The position numbers and the translations under genes are program-made. A stretch of 64,000 bases of DNA from a virus: the IMG/VR virus record IMGVR_UViG_3300025674_000015, one strand, 5' to 3'. This document shows, in pieces, positions 28,657 to 37,523 of this stretch; the first letter of the stretch is position 1; each line of letters opens with the position of its first letter. The notes under the pieces were generated by a model that was not told where the DNA came from, searched no databases, and saw only the letters and a program-made list of their open reading frames with translations.

Positions 28657-28730
28657 CGACTCGTAGCTCAGCAGGTAAGAGCGCACAACTTATAATTGTG
28701 AGGACGAGGGTTCAAATCCCTCCGGGTCAA
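28657..28730 (+). tRNA. tRNA-Ile (anticodon UAU)
   Basis: Cloverleaf; anticodon arm CACAA-CTTATAA-TTGTG; T arm GAGGG-TTCAAAT-CCCTC; C1:A72 mismatch; no CCA. Confidence 0.85.
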
Positions 28731-28734
28731 TTTT

Positions 28735-28807
28735 TCCGATATAGCTCAGTTGGTAGAGCAGGTGGCTGTTAACCACCTTGTCGCAGGTTCGAGTCCTGCT
28801 GTCGGAG
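28735..28807 (+). tRNA. tRNA-Asn (GUU)
   Basis: Anticodon arm GGTGG-CTGTTAA-CCACC; acceptor TCCGATA/TGTCGGA; G73. Confidence 0.95.
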
Positions 28808-28815
28808 CAAATTTT

Positions 28816-28897
<82 letters not shown>

Positions 28898-28922
28898 CTA
28901 ATTTCCAACAAAGGAGAATAAA

Positions 28923-29174
28923 ATGTCAAAGATTAAAATCACAGAACACCCTGAATTAACCTTACTTTGTAAACAATACATTGATGGAGATAGAGAAGAT
29001 AAGCAGATTGTTTGGATGGAGATGGCCGATCTTTGTTTGGAAAAGAGTCTGAACCATCATCTTTTCTTTGAAGAGTATTGCAGAGTTCACGGAGTTGGTC
29101 TTTTTGAAGGTCAAAAAAAGAAAAAGAAAGCCAGACCATCTAACAGAGAAATGAAAAGGATGAAGAAAAGATGA
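28923..29174 (+). CDS. Hypothetical protein
   Basis: AAGGAG SD; its 3' end is duplicated at 31044-31124. Confidence 0.6.
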   Translation: MSKIKITEHPELTLLCKQYIDGDREDKQIVWMEMADLCLEKSLNHHLFFEEYCRVHGVGLFEGQKKKKKARPSNREMKRMKKR

Positions 29175-29193
29175 AACCAAACGACTTATCTAT
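29082..29193 (+). repeat. Direct repeat copy 1 (copy 2 at 31044-31143)
   Basis: GGAGTT.GTCTTTTTGAAGGTCAAAAAA...CCAGACCATCTAACA.AGAAATGAAAA..ATGAAGAAAAGATGA...ACTTATCTAT. Confidence 0.9.
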
Positions 29194-30262
29194 CAATGAA
29201 AGTAGCGAAAAACTAAGAATAGGCTATCTTGCTATGAGTAAGAGGATAGAATCAGGTTCTTACCGCATATGGGTTCATGATTATAATCAGTATTTTAAAG
29301 ATATCGGAGTTGACTCAGAGATAATTCTAATTTCTGAAGACAACGCAGTTGAAAAAATAGGTAATCGTGACATTATAATCATAGGCAAATGTCTTCACCA
29401 TAATCTTAGTTCTATAGTTGGCTACATAAAGAGTGTTAATTCTAGCATTGTTATTGGAACAATAAATCCTCCTAGAAACGCTAGTCCGGATGGAATTGAT
29501 TTTGCCATGGTAGGTTCCATGGAGGAGTTTGATAGCTTATCATTTTACAAAAATGTAATTTTGATTCCACTTATAGAATCGATCTATCACTATAGTGAGA
29601 TTAAAAAACATAAAAAAGAAGATATTTTAAAGATATGCTACCATGGCTGGACTCCTCACCTTTTTTCTTTTGTGTGCGGATTGAAGGAAGCATTAGAGAG
29701 ATTTTCAAAAGAAAGAAAAATTGAACTTCATATTATTTCTGAAAAATCGCAAAATGAATTTAACTGGCGACATGAAAATGGATTGCCAGAAGGCATATCA
29801 GTCTTGTTTAAAAAATGGAATATTAATACAGTAAAAGAAAATTTGCAATCCTGTGACATAGGAATATGTCCCGGTGTATATGATATGACAGATGTTGAGC
29901 TTACCGTTAACAATAAGGTTGGTAAATTTTCAACCGATTACGTAATGAGATACAAAAATAAAACAAATAACGGGCGAGCCTTAGTTTTTATGTCTTTGGG
30001 GGTGCCGGTTGTTTCAGATTTTAGTCCTAGTAATTTTCATCTATTCGGAGACTCAATCGCCGGCGCAGTTGCTCATACACCCCTAGGGTGGTATAAGGCA
30101 TTAAGTAGATTTAGTGATCATAATGAAAGAAATAAGACTTCTGAGTATGCAAAAAAGTTTTTAGAAAAATATTATAACCCTCATGTGTGGGCAAGGAGGT
30201 GTTATGAACAGATGTTGAGAATATGGAAAGAAAAAAATAATAGTTTAATTATTGGAGCTTAG
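29171..30262 (+). CDS. Putative glycosyltransferase (GT-B/GT4-like)
   Basis: ICYHGW, CDIGICP, KTNNGR...MSLGVPVVSD. Confidence 0.65.
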   Translation: MKPNDLSINESSEKLRIGYLAMSKRIESGSYRIWVHDYNQYFKDIGVDSEIILISEDNAVEKIGNRDIIIIGKCLHHNLSSIVGYIKSVNSSIVIGTINPPRNASPDGIDFAMVGSMEEFDSLSFYKNVILIPLIESIYHYSEIKKHKKEDILKICYHGWTPHLFSFVCGLKEALERFSKERKIELHIISEKSQNEFNWRHENGLPEGISVLFKKWNINTVKENLQSCDIGICPGVYDMTDVELTVNNKVGKFSTDYVMRYKNKTNNGRALVFMSLGVPVVSDFSPSNFHLFGDSIAGAVAHTPLGWYKALSRFSDHNERNKTSEYAKKFLEKYYNPHVWARRCYEQMLRIWKEKNNSLIIGA

Positions 30263-30266
30263 TAAG

Positions 30267-31025
30267 ATGGATAAATTAGATAAAGGTTTTTTATATATTG
30301 CTTTCGGTGATTCTTTTACAAAAGAGGCTTTAATGTCTATCAAGTCATTAAAGAGGTTTAATGATGAACCGGTCGCTTTATATACTGATCAGGAATTGCC
30401 TAATGATATAAAAAGTTTAGTCGACTTATACGCCAAAATAGAACCTAGGCATATAAGGGCTAAGGTTGATTTTATTGATAAGACACCGTTTAAGAAAACC
30501 GTATACCTAGACTCTGATACTGTGATAGCAAGAAACATATCAGATATGTTTGAGATATTAGAACGTTTTGATGTAGGCCTAGTCCATGATTATGCCAGAA
30601 AAAGATTAAAATACTCTAAATTAGTTCCTGAATATGCTAATATACCTTACGCTTTTTCTGAATTTAACGGTGGTATTATGGCATACAATGACTCTGAAAG
30701 TTCTACAATGTTTTTGAATAGGTGGAAAGAGTATTTTTATAAATATTACCAACAGACTAGTGGGTGGGATCAGGTTAGCTTAAGGGTTTCCTTGTGGGAG
30801 AGTGATGTAAGAATACACACGTTTCCTTTTGAGTACAACATAAGAGGGAAATCTACTAGGGAAAAAGTTAGAAATTTAAAAGGCGAGTTTGGAGATGATC
30901 ATTTAGAGCCTAGAATATACCACGTACACTATGATAGGGAAGTTCATTTCGGCAAGTTTCAATATACCTTAAATGACCTTGATGAGTTTGAGAAAAAGAT
31001 AAAAAATCAATGCATGGACTACTAA
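30267..31025 (+). CDS. Putative glycosyltransferase (GT-A, GT8-like)
   Basis: GFLYIAFG, TPFKKTVYLDSDT (DxD), EFNGG, DQ.SLR, EYN. Confidence 0.75.
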   Translation: MDKLDKGFLYIAFGDSFTKEALMSIKSLKRFNDEPVALYTDQELPNDIKSLVDLYAKIEPRHIRAKVDFIDKTPFKKTVYLDSDTVIARNISDMFEILERFDVGLVHDYARKRLKYSKLVPEYANIPYAFSEFNGGIMAYNDSESSTMFLNRWKEYFYKYYQQTSGWDQVSLRVSLWESDVRIHTFPFEYNIRGKSTREKVRNLKGEFGDDHLEPRIYHVHYDREVHFGKFQYTLNDLDEFEKKIKNQCMDY

Positions 31026-31043
31026 TCTTCACCAGACACATAT

Positions 31044-31143
31044 AGAGCTCATGGAGTTAGTCTTTTTGAAGGTCAAAAAACCAGACCATCTAACAAAGAA
31101 ATGAAAAAAATGAAGAAAAGATGATATCAAAAAACTTATCTAT
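31044..31143 (+). repeat. Direct repeat copy 2
   Basis: Near-identical to 29082-29193 with a 12-nt gap. Confidence 0.9.
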
Positions 31144-31783
31144 TATTCGAGAAGAGCTTTCCAAGAAGACTCCAGACTTTAGGCTTGTTCACGAACTTTC
31201 TAAGAGAGATCAGATGCTAATAGATTATGTTGAGCGGCATCTTATAGATCTTGGAATCAGAAAGCAACTGTTGGATGATTGTTGTAAAAATATGACCATC
31301 TTCCCATCTTTTGAAAGTTACACAGAGATCGAAGAAACTTACCTGAAAGCTTTAGGATGGAGAAAAAGACAATTAAAAGTAAGGTGGACAAAGGAACTGT
31401 CACAGGATCTTTTTGCATTCCATGGGATCGAAATGAATGAAGTTGAAACAAACGACAACTTTAGCGGCATTGGTGCATACTGGGAGCGAGTATCGAAAGA
31501 GGAGTCTGTAGACTTTTATGACCTTCGAGAACATAGACGAGGCTATAGTGACGGAAAGAATGATTGCCATGCTAATTCTCCCTTTGAGATTAGGCACGAC
31601 AAATGGAGCTTTAATGGCACTGTAAGCGGACATATAGTTAAAGTAAGACCAGACGGAAACTTCTGGAGCACCACACCAGAACCCACTAGGGGAACTAGCC
31701 CAGAGTACATTAGTGGCTACCGAGAAGGTTATGAAGAAACCAGAGAAAGCTTAAGAGATTCTTTAAGGGCGGAAAGGTGGTGA
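31121..31783 (+). CDS. Hypothetical protein containing a gp23-like capsid motif
   Basis: LKVRWTKELSQDLFAFH vs MCP LKAKWSPELGQDLNAYH. Confidence 0.65.
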   Translation: MISKNLSIIREELSKKTPDFRLVHELSKRDQMLIDYVERHLIDLGIRKQLLDDCCKNMTIFPSFESYTEIEETYLKALGWRKRQLKVRWTKELSQDLFAFHGIEMNEVETNDNFSGIGAYWERVSKEESVDFYDLREHRRGYSDGKNDCHANSPFEIRHDKWSFNGTVSGHIVKVRPDGNFWSTTPEPTRGTSPEYISGYREGYEETRESLRDSLRAERW

Positions 31784-31790
31784 GGAGAAA

Positions 31791-32273
31791 ATGAGAACAA
31801 AAGAGATCAACAAGTGGCTTAAAGAAGGGGGTGAATTCCCAATATCTTTACTCTCCGAAGTAGAACTTTTAAAAGAGAATGATATCAAAATCGTCAAAGA
31901 AGACAGTGACTATTACATGACCCACTACCACCCCCATAGGGTAGTGTATCAAACTGTGGGTGAGAAACTTCATGGAGAACATAATTTCTATTCCAGAAAA
32001 GAAGGGACATTGATGCTTCAGGAGAGAACAAGCTATCTACACGGCGAGGTTGTCAAAACAGAAGGGTGGTGGGATAACGGACAGAAGAGATATGAACAGC
32101 ACTACCTCCACGGAAAAGAACACGGAAAGTGGGAAGGGTGGTGGGATAACGGACAGAAAGCGTGTGAACAGCACTTCCTCCACGGAATGAGGCACGGTGT
32201 GTTCAAAGAATGGGATGACAACGGAAGCCTCGCCGAAGATGAAGAATATCTCTACGGGAACAGAATCAAATGA
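31791..32273 (+). CDS. MORN-variant repeat protein (YwqK-like), paralogue A
   Basis: MRTKEI.KW N-terminus; 24-aa W..NGQK..E...LHG..HG repeats; DEEY.YGN.IK end. Confidence 0.8.
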   Translation: MRTKEINKWLKEGGEFPISLLSEVELLKENDIKIVKEDSDYYMTHYHPHRVVYQTVGEKLHGEHNFYSRKEGTLMLQERTSYLHGEVVKTEGWWDNGQKRYEQHYLHGKEHGKWEGWWDNGQKACEQHFLHGMRHGVFKEWDDNGSLAEDEEYLYGNRIK

Positions 32274-32590
32274 GAACAAAAGAAATCGACAAGTGGGTTC
32301 AAGAAGGAGGAGATCTTCCTCAAGAACTAACAGAAGACGAAGAAGTTTACCTACGCAACCTAGGTTTGCTAGGTATGAAAGGCTTCTATCCTAATGGTCA
32401 GAAGTTATTTCATTATTTGACGATCAATGGGAAAGATCACGGTAAATGTGAATATTGGCATCCCAACGGACAGAAGATGATTGAAAGATATTATTGCCAC
32501 GATAAAGATCACGGTAGTTTCCGACTATGGGACAAAGATGGAAATCTTGTTAAAGATGAAGAATATTACTATGGGAATAAGATCAAATGA
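32270..32590 (+). CDS. MORN-variant repeat protein, paralogue B
   Basis: Same termini and repeat type; ATGA-coupled to A. Confidence 0.8.
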   Translation: MRTKEIDKWVQEGGDLPQELTEDEEVYLRNLGLLGMKGFYPNGQKLFHYLTINGKDHGKCEYWHPNGQKMIERYYCHDKDHGSFRLWDKDGNLVKDEEYYYGNKIK

Positions 32591-32817
32591 AAGAAAAAGT
32601 GAATCATCCAAAGCATTATAATGTAGGCAAAATTGAAGTTATTGATGCAATTCAAGATTGGGAGCTTGACTTTTGCCTAGGAAATGTTGTAAAATATATA
32701 GCAAGACACAACCACAAGAAAGATCCTTTAACAGATCTTAAGAAAGCAAAGTGGTATTTGGATTATGCTATAAAAGAAAAGGAGAGATTAGATGCCGAGG
32801 TCGAAAGCAGACGTTAA
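32587..32817 (+). CDS. DUF3310-like phage protein
   Basis: VNHPKHY...IEVID...GNVVKY..R...K....DL.KA.WYL. Confidence 0.85.
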   Translation: MKEKVNHPKHYNVGKIEVIDAIQDWELDFCLGNVVKYIARHNHKKDPLTDLKKAKWYLDYAIKEKERLDAEVESRR

Positions 32818-33013
32818 AAACCTTGTCGAAGCCGCTGTGGTTCCACATCACATTCATGACTCTGACGAAGAAAGAGAAAAGTTCATCAAGTTTCTCAAGA
32901 AAGACATCAAAGCTGCAAATCTAAAAGCAAGAGTGTACAGACGGAAGGTATCTTTTGATGGAAACTCAATTGACTTGACAGTTGTTGCAGGTTATGGTAT
33001 ACTAGATGAGTAA
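32792..33013 (+). CDS. Hypothetical protein
   Basis: AAGGAG SD; 73 aa. Confidence 0.5.
   Translation: MPRSKADVKNLVEAAVVPHHIHDSDEEREKFIKFLKKDIKAANLKARVYRRKVSFDGNSIDLTVVAGYGILDE
32975..33003 (+). promoter_or_regulatory. Sigma70-type promoter for tRNA
   Basis: TTGACA-N17-TATACT with extended TG. Confidence 0.7.
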
Positions 33014-33020
33014 TTTGAAC

Positions 33021-33093
33021 GTGCCTGTAGTATAATGGTAAATATCGCCGCCTCATAAGCGGTAGGATGTAGGTTCGAATCCTACCGGGCACA
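33021..33093 (+). tRNA. tRNA with CAU anticodon (elongator Met or Ile2)
   Basis: Acceptor GTGCCTG/CGGGCAC; GCCGC-CTCATAA-GCGGT; GTAGG-TTCGAAT-CCTAC. Confidence 0.9.
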
Positions 33094-33109
33094 CTGAAAG
33101 GAAAATACA

Positions 33110-34066
33110 ATGAAGAAATGTACAAAATGTAAAGAAGAAAAGCCTTTTGAAGAGTTTCATAAGCATAAAAGATCAAAAGATGGTCGGCAGAGCAGTTGCA
33201 GAGGGTGTCAGAAGCAATACTACGAAAACAACAGGGAAAAGATTAGAGAGCAGAATAAACAATACCGCGAAAACAACAAAGAAAAGGTTAGAGAGGCAAA
33301 TAAACAATACCGCGACAACAACAAAGAAAAGATTAGAGAGCGGCAAAAACAATACCGCGAAAACAACAAAGAAAAGATTAGAGAGTGGGGAATACAATAC
33401 TACGAAAACAACAAAGAATACTATAAAGAATACTCTAAACAATACCGCAAAGAAAACAAAGAAAAGGAAAGAGAGCGGAAAAAACAATACCGCGAAAACA
33501 ACAAAGAAAAGATTCTAGAGTATCATAAACAATGGTACGAAAACAACAAAGAAAAGGTTAGAGAGCGGGGAATACAATACTACGACAACAACAAAGAAAA
33601 GATTCTAGAGTATCGTAAACAATACTACGAAAACAACAGAAAAAAGATTATAGAGTGGCAAAAACAATACCAAAGTCAAAGATATAAAAACGATCCAGAG
33701 TTTAGGTTGAGAATGAGCATCAGTCGCGCTTTTCACCATTTCCTAAATGGAAACAAAGAAAAGCCAACTTCTGAGTATCTTAAGCAATGCGGATATACTA
33801 GGAAAGAACTTATGAAGCACCTAGAAGGCCAGTTTGATCAAAATATGACTTGGGATAACTATGGAAGTTACTGGCACGTTGATCACATTATACCTCAATC
33901 TGTTTTCGAGGCAACTAATGAACAACATTTGAAGTGGTGTTGGTCTTTAGAGAACCTTCGTCCTTTGGAAGCTTGGGAGAATATATCAAAAAACAACTGC
34001 ATCATTCCAGAAGAAATTAAGAAGATCTCTTTCTATGAAGATGTTAAGCATCTTTTGAAAGATTAA
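33110..34066 (+). CDS. HNH homing endonuclease-like protein with repeat linker
   Basis: N-terminal CxxC..CxxC; C-terminal WHVDHIIP...NLRPL...N..K. Confidence 0.85.
   Translation: MKKCTKCKEEKPFEEFHKHKRSKDGRQSSCRGCQKQYYENNREKIREQNKQYRENNKEKVREANKQYRDNNKEKIRERQKQYRENNKEKIREWGIQYYENNKEYYKEYSKQYRKENKEKERERKKQYRENNKEKILEYHKQWYENNKEKVRERGIQYYDNNKEKILEYRKQYYENNRKKIIEWQKQYQSQRYKNDPEFRLRMSISRAFHHFLNGNKEKPTSEYLKQCGYTRKELMKHLEGQFDQNMTWDNYGSYWHVDHIIPQSVFEATNEQHLKWCWSLENLRPLEAWENISKNNCIIPEEIKKISFYEDVKHLLKD
33212..33661 (+). repeat. Ten coding tandem repeats of 45 nt (KQYRENNKEKIRExx)
   Basis: Visible in DNA and protein. Confidence 0.9.
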
Positions 34067-34072
34067 ATATCG

Positions 34073-34157
34073 GGGGCTGTGTTGGAATTTGGTAGACAAT
34101 CCGAACTTAAAATTCGGTGCTCGTAAGAGCGTGAGGGTTCGAGTCCCTCCAGCCCCA
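34073..34157 (+). tRNA. tRNA-Leu (UAA)
   Basis: CCGAA-CTTAAAA-TTCGG; long variable arm; GGGGCTG/CAGCCCC. Confidence 0.95.
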
Positions 34158-34235
34158 CTAGTCGCGGAACCGAAAGTGAGGTGATATCATTAATGCGACT
34201 GGGCTTAGGCCCGCTTATCACAAAAGGAAAGACAA

Positions 34236-34619
34236 ATGAGAAGAAAACCTTTACATGACCCTGTTCTTATTTCAAACAATATTTATTTATTTTCTGCTTT
34301 TTCTGCATATGTAGATAATTTTCCTTACTTGTCTGTAATGATTTTAATATCTTGGACTTTGTCTTTTCTTTATCACTACTCCAAAGAGCGAGATTTCCAT
34401 AAACTGGATGTTAAGATGGCATGCACAACAGTTGGATATGCTCTTTGGTGCTTTATTGTGGTTGATCCTCCTCCTCCAATTTATTTGTTTGTTGGAGTAG
34501 GAGTTTTCACTTTGGGAATGTTTTGTTTGAAGATTGAAAGTTATGATGATCGATACGATCTTTATCACACCCTCTGGCATTTGTTGTCAGGTTTGTCAAT
34601 TATTATTCTTTGTCATTAA
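34236..34619 (+). CDS. Membrane protein with conserved histidines (CREST-like)
   Basis: Multiple TM segments; SFLYH, LD, YHTLWH. Confidence 0.55.
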   Translation: MRRKPLHDPVLISNNIYLFSAFSAYVDNFPYLSVMILISWTLSFLYHYSKERDFHKLDVKMACTTVGYALWCFIVVDPPPPIYLFVGVGVFTLGMFCLKIESYDDRYDLYHTLWHLLSGLSIIILCH

Positions 34620-34640
34620 AATTTATCAATAGGAGAAAAA

Positions 34641-35051
34641 ATGGAATACTATCCAGTACACAAAATCGGTTTTGAGTTCACAGATGAAAATATGAATTAC
34701 TTTCTTGATTATTTTGATCCAGAAGAACTAGAAGAAGGAGAAGAGCCTCGGACTGCTAGGATGGATTGGGAAAGCAGCTTTGGAGACTTTTCTTGTAACA
34801 AAGCTGACAGCGAGTTTGAAATGGAGTTTATTGACTTTATTTGGGACCACCTCCAAAAGGACTGTGAAATTAGGTCTTACGAGTGGCGCAAAGGGGGTTA
34901 TATTCAAGGTTTGAGTGGTTTCCAATATGATGCGACCTATCTTACTTTTGAAGCGCCTGAAGACGGCCCTGAGCGCCTCCAACTTTGCAGGGAACTGGAA
35001 GAGCGATTCGGCCTTCCAATGATTGAAGCAACATATTCTGAACTTGGCTAA
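34641..35051 (+). CDS. Hypothetical acidic protein
   Basis: AGGAG SD. Confidence 0.6.
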   Translation: MEYYPVHKIGFEFTDENMNYFLDYFDPEELEEGEEPRTARMDWESSFGDFSCNKADSEFEMEFIDFIWDHLQKDCEIRSYEWRKGGYIQGLSGFQYDATYLTFEAPEDGPERLQLCRELEERFGLPMIEATYSELG

Positions 35052-35058
35052 TTTCTTC

Positions 35059-35087
35059 TTGACTTCCTTCCTATAATCTGCTATAAT
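35059..35087 (+). promoter_or_regulatory. Sigma70-type promoter
   Basis: TTGACT-N17-TATAAT, extended TG. Confidence 0.75.
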
Positions 35088-35120
35088 TCTACCATACTTT
35101 TCACCACACAGGAGAACAAA

Positions 35121-36086
35121 ATGAAAGAAAGAGTTGTGATCATTGATTCGTTGAATCTGTTCATCAGGAATTTCATAGTCAACCCCAGCCTTTCAACTAA
35201 TGGTGATCCAATCGGAGGTCTTAAAGGCTCTTTGGCCTCCATTCAAAAGATGATCAGAGAACTTAAGCCAGATCGGATCGTTGTTGTTTGGGATGGCCCC
35301 GGAGGCTCTCAAAAAAGAAGAGCGCAAAACAAAAACTACAAAGCTGGTCGCAAGCCTATTCGCTTCAATCGTGGTGTCAAGCTGATGTCCGAAGAAGAAG
35401 AGATCAGAAACAAGATCTGGCAGCAAACTAGGCTGTTGGAATACATCAATATGATGCCCATCCCACAGATCCTTCTGCAAGGTATTGAAGCTGATGACGT
35501 TATCGCAAAGATTTGCAGAACAATGAGGGGCTGTCAGAAAGTGATCGTGTCCAGCGACAAAGACTTTATTCAACTTTGCGACGAAGAAACTGTGCTTTAT
35601 CGCCCAATTCAAAAAGAACTGGTCACAAAAAAGACTGTTTTGGAAGAGCATCAGATCTCTCCAGCAAACTTTGCAATGGCAAGAGCAATCGCAGGAGATA
35701 AGTCTGACAACCTTGCCGGTGTTCCCGGAGCAGGTTTGAAAACAATTGCAAAAAGACTTCCTTTCCTTAAAGAAGAAAAGGATGCAACCTTTGAAGATGT
35801 CTTTCAAGCATGTGAGAAAGAAGAAAAGAAGCTGAAGTTTCACAATGGCATTTTGGAAAATAAAGAACTGATCAAAAAGAACTATGGACTCATGCAACTT
35901 TACACTCCAAACATTTCGCCAAACAACTCGGCAGTGATTAAAGAAGCGATTGAAGAGATTAAACCAGACTTTAACAAAACTAATATTATTAAGATGATGA
36001 ATGAAGATGGCTTCGGTGTGTACGACTGGAGCGACCTTTGGAGGTTTTGCAGAAAAAATGTAGTTGACTTAAAGAATAAAGTCTGA
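35121..36086 (+). CDS. 5'-3' exonuclease / flap endonuclease (T4 RNase H-like)
   Basis: IIDSLN, VWDG, YKAGR, EADDVI, SSDKDF, GDKSDNL.GV.GAG.KT. Confidence 0.95.
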   Translation: MKERVVIIDSLNLFIRNFIVNPSLSTNGDPIGGLKGSLASIQKMIRELKPDRIVVVWDGPGGSQKRRAQNKNYKAGRKPIRFNRGVKLMSEEEEIRNKIWQQTRLLEYINMMPIPQILLQGIEADDVIAKICRTMRGCQKVIVSSDKDFIQLCDEETVLYRPIQKELVTKKTVLEEHQISPANFAMARAIAGDKSDNLAGVPGAGLKTIAKRLPFLKEEKDATFEDVFQACEKEEKKLKFHNGILENKELIKKNYGLMQLYTPNISPNNSAVIKEAIEEIKPDFNKTNIIKMMNEDGFGVYDWSDLWRFCRKNVVDLKNKV

Positions 36087-36092
36087 TAGAAT
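36064..36092 (+). promoter_or_regulatory. Sigma70-type promoter
   Basis: TTGACT-N17-TAGAAT. Confidence 0.65.
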
Positions 36093-36140
36093 TCTATTTA
36101 AACTCACCCCCTCAAGAAACAAAATCTAACAGGAGTAGAT

Positions 36141-37514
36141 ATGATTAACACACATGACAAGATAGACTTCTCTCGGTTCGGCAAAAAGTTCCAAGAAAGT
36201 CTCTGCCGAATTGTATTAGATGATCGCGAGTTCTGCGATCAAGTCTTTGAAGTTTTGAAGGTGGAGTTTTTTGAGGTCAAATATCTTCAGCTTTTCGTTC
36301 AGGTTATCGTCGATTACAAAAGAGAATTTGGAACACATCCCTCTAGAGATATTGTTGCAACCATTCTTCGCTCTGGTATCGAAGATGAATCTGATGTCCT
36401 CAAGAAGCAAGTTCGAGATTATTTCACAAAGTTGATGACAACAATGCCAGACTTTGAAGGGGACGCATTCATCAAGAAAAAGGCTTTGGACTTTTGCAGA
36501 AAGCAAAACTTGAAAGAAGCCATGATCAAATCAGCAAAGCTGATTCATTCTGCTTCTTTTGAAGAGATCAGCAAGATTATCAATGATTCTTTGAAGCTTG
36601 GGTCGAACACAGACTTTGGTTATGATTACCTGAAAGACTTTGAGAAAAGGTATGAAGTGAAGTTTCGAAGACCAATCACAACCGGCTGGAAGCAAGTTGA
36701 TGCTATCACTGGCGGCGGTCTTGGCAAGGGTGAGTTGGGTGTTGTTGTGGCTCCCACTGGCGCTGGAAAGTCAATGGCTTTGGTTCATCTAGCTGCACAA
36801 GCTCTGAAGCAAGGCAAGACAGTTGTTTATTACACTTTGGAATTGGAAGATACCGTTGTTGCAAAAAGGTTTGACTCATGCCTCACCGGTGTCCACCTGA
36901 CCGACCTTAATGATATGAAAGAAGTTGTTTTGGAAAAGGTTAGAGAACTTAATGGGCATTTGATTGTAAAAGAATACCCAACAAAGTATGCTTCAACTGA
37001 AACAATCAAAGCTCACCTTCTTCGTTTGAAGAACAGGGGTATTGAGCCGGACTTTATTGCAATTGATTATGCTGATCTTTTGAAGCCAGTGCGACATCAA
37101 AGAGAAAAAAGACAAGAGTTGGAAGAGATTTATGAAGAACTGCGAGGAATTGCAAAGATTTCAGAGGCAACTCTCTACACAGCTTCTCAAACAAACCGTT
37201 CTGGTTTGAACGCAGAGGTTGTTACAATGGAATCAATCTCTGAAGCGTTTAACAAATGTTTTGTTGCAGACTTTATCTTTTCGCTTTCAAGAACAGTCGA
37301 AGACAAAAACAACAACACAGGAAGGATCTTTATTGCAAAGAACCGAAACGGAGCAGATGGAATGGTTTATCCTCTCTTTATGGATACTTCCAACGTTTGC
37401 ATTAAAGTTATTGATGACAATGGAGAAAGTCCATCTGTTGTGATGGACAGAGCAGCGAAAAAGCAAGATGAATTGTTAAGAGAAAAGTACAAGAAATTTA
37501 AGAGCAGTCAATAA
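36141..37514 (+). CDS. Replicative DNA helicase (DnaB/gp41-like)
   Basis: APTGAGKS, YTLE, IVKEYP, IDYADL, TASQTNR, AKNRNG. Confidence 0.95.
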   Translation: MINTHDKIDFSRFGKKFQESLCRIVLDDREFCDQVFEVLKVEFFEVKYLQLFVQVIVDYKREFGTHPSRDIVATILRSGIEDESDVLKKQVRDYFTKLMTTMPDFEGDAFIKKKALDFCRKQNLKEAMIKSAKLIHSASFEEISKIINDSLKLGSNTDFGYDYLKDFEKRYEVKFRRPITTGWKQVDAITGGGLGKGELGVVVAPTGAGKSMALVHLAAQALKQGKTVVYYTLELEDTVVAKRFDSCLTGVHLTDLNDMKEVVLEKVRELNGHLIVKEYPTKYASTETIKAHLLRLKNRGIEPDFIAIDYADLLKPVRHQREKRQELEEIYEELRGIAKISEATLYTASQTNRSGLNAEVVTMESISEAFNKCFVADFIFSLSRTVEDKNNNTGRIFIAKNRNGADGMVYPLFMDTSNVCIKVIDDNGESPSVVMDRAAKKQDELLREKYKKFKSSQ

Positions 37515-37523
37515 GGAGGAACA

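Noticed and set aside
33212-33661. CRISPR-like array
   Set aside because: The repeats are contiguous in-frame 45-nt coding units with no unique spacers.
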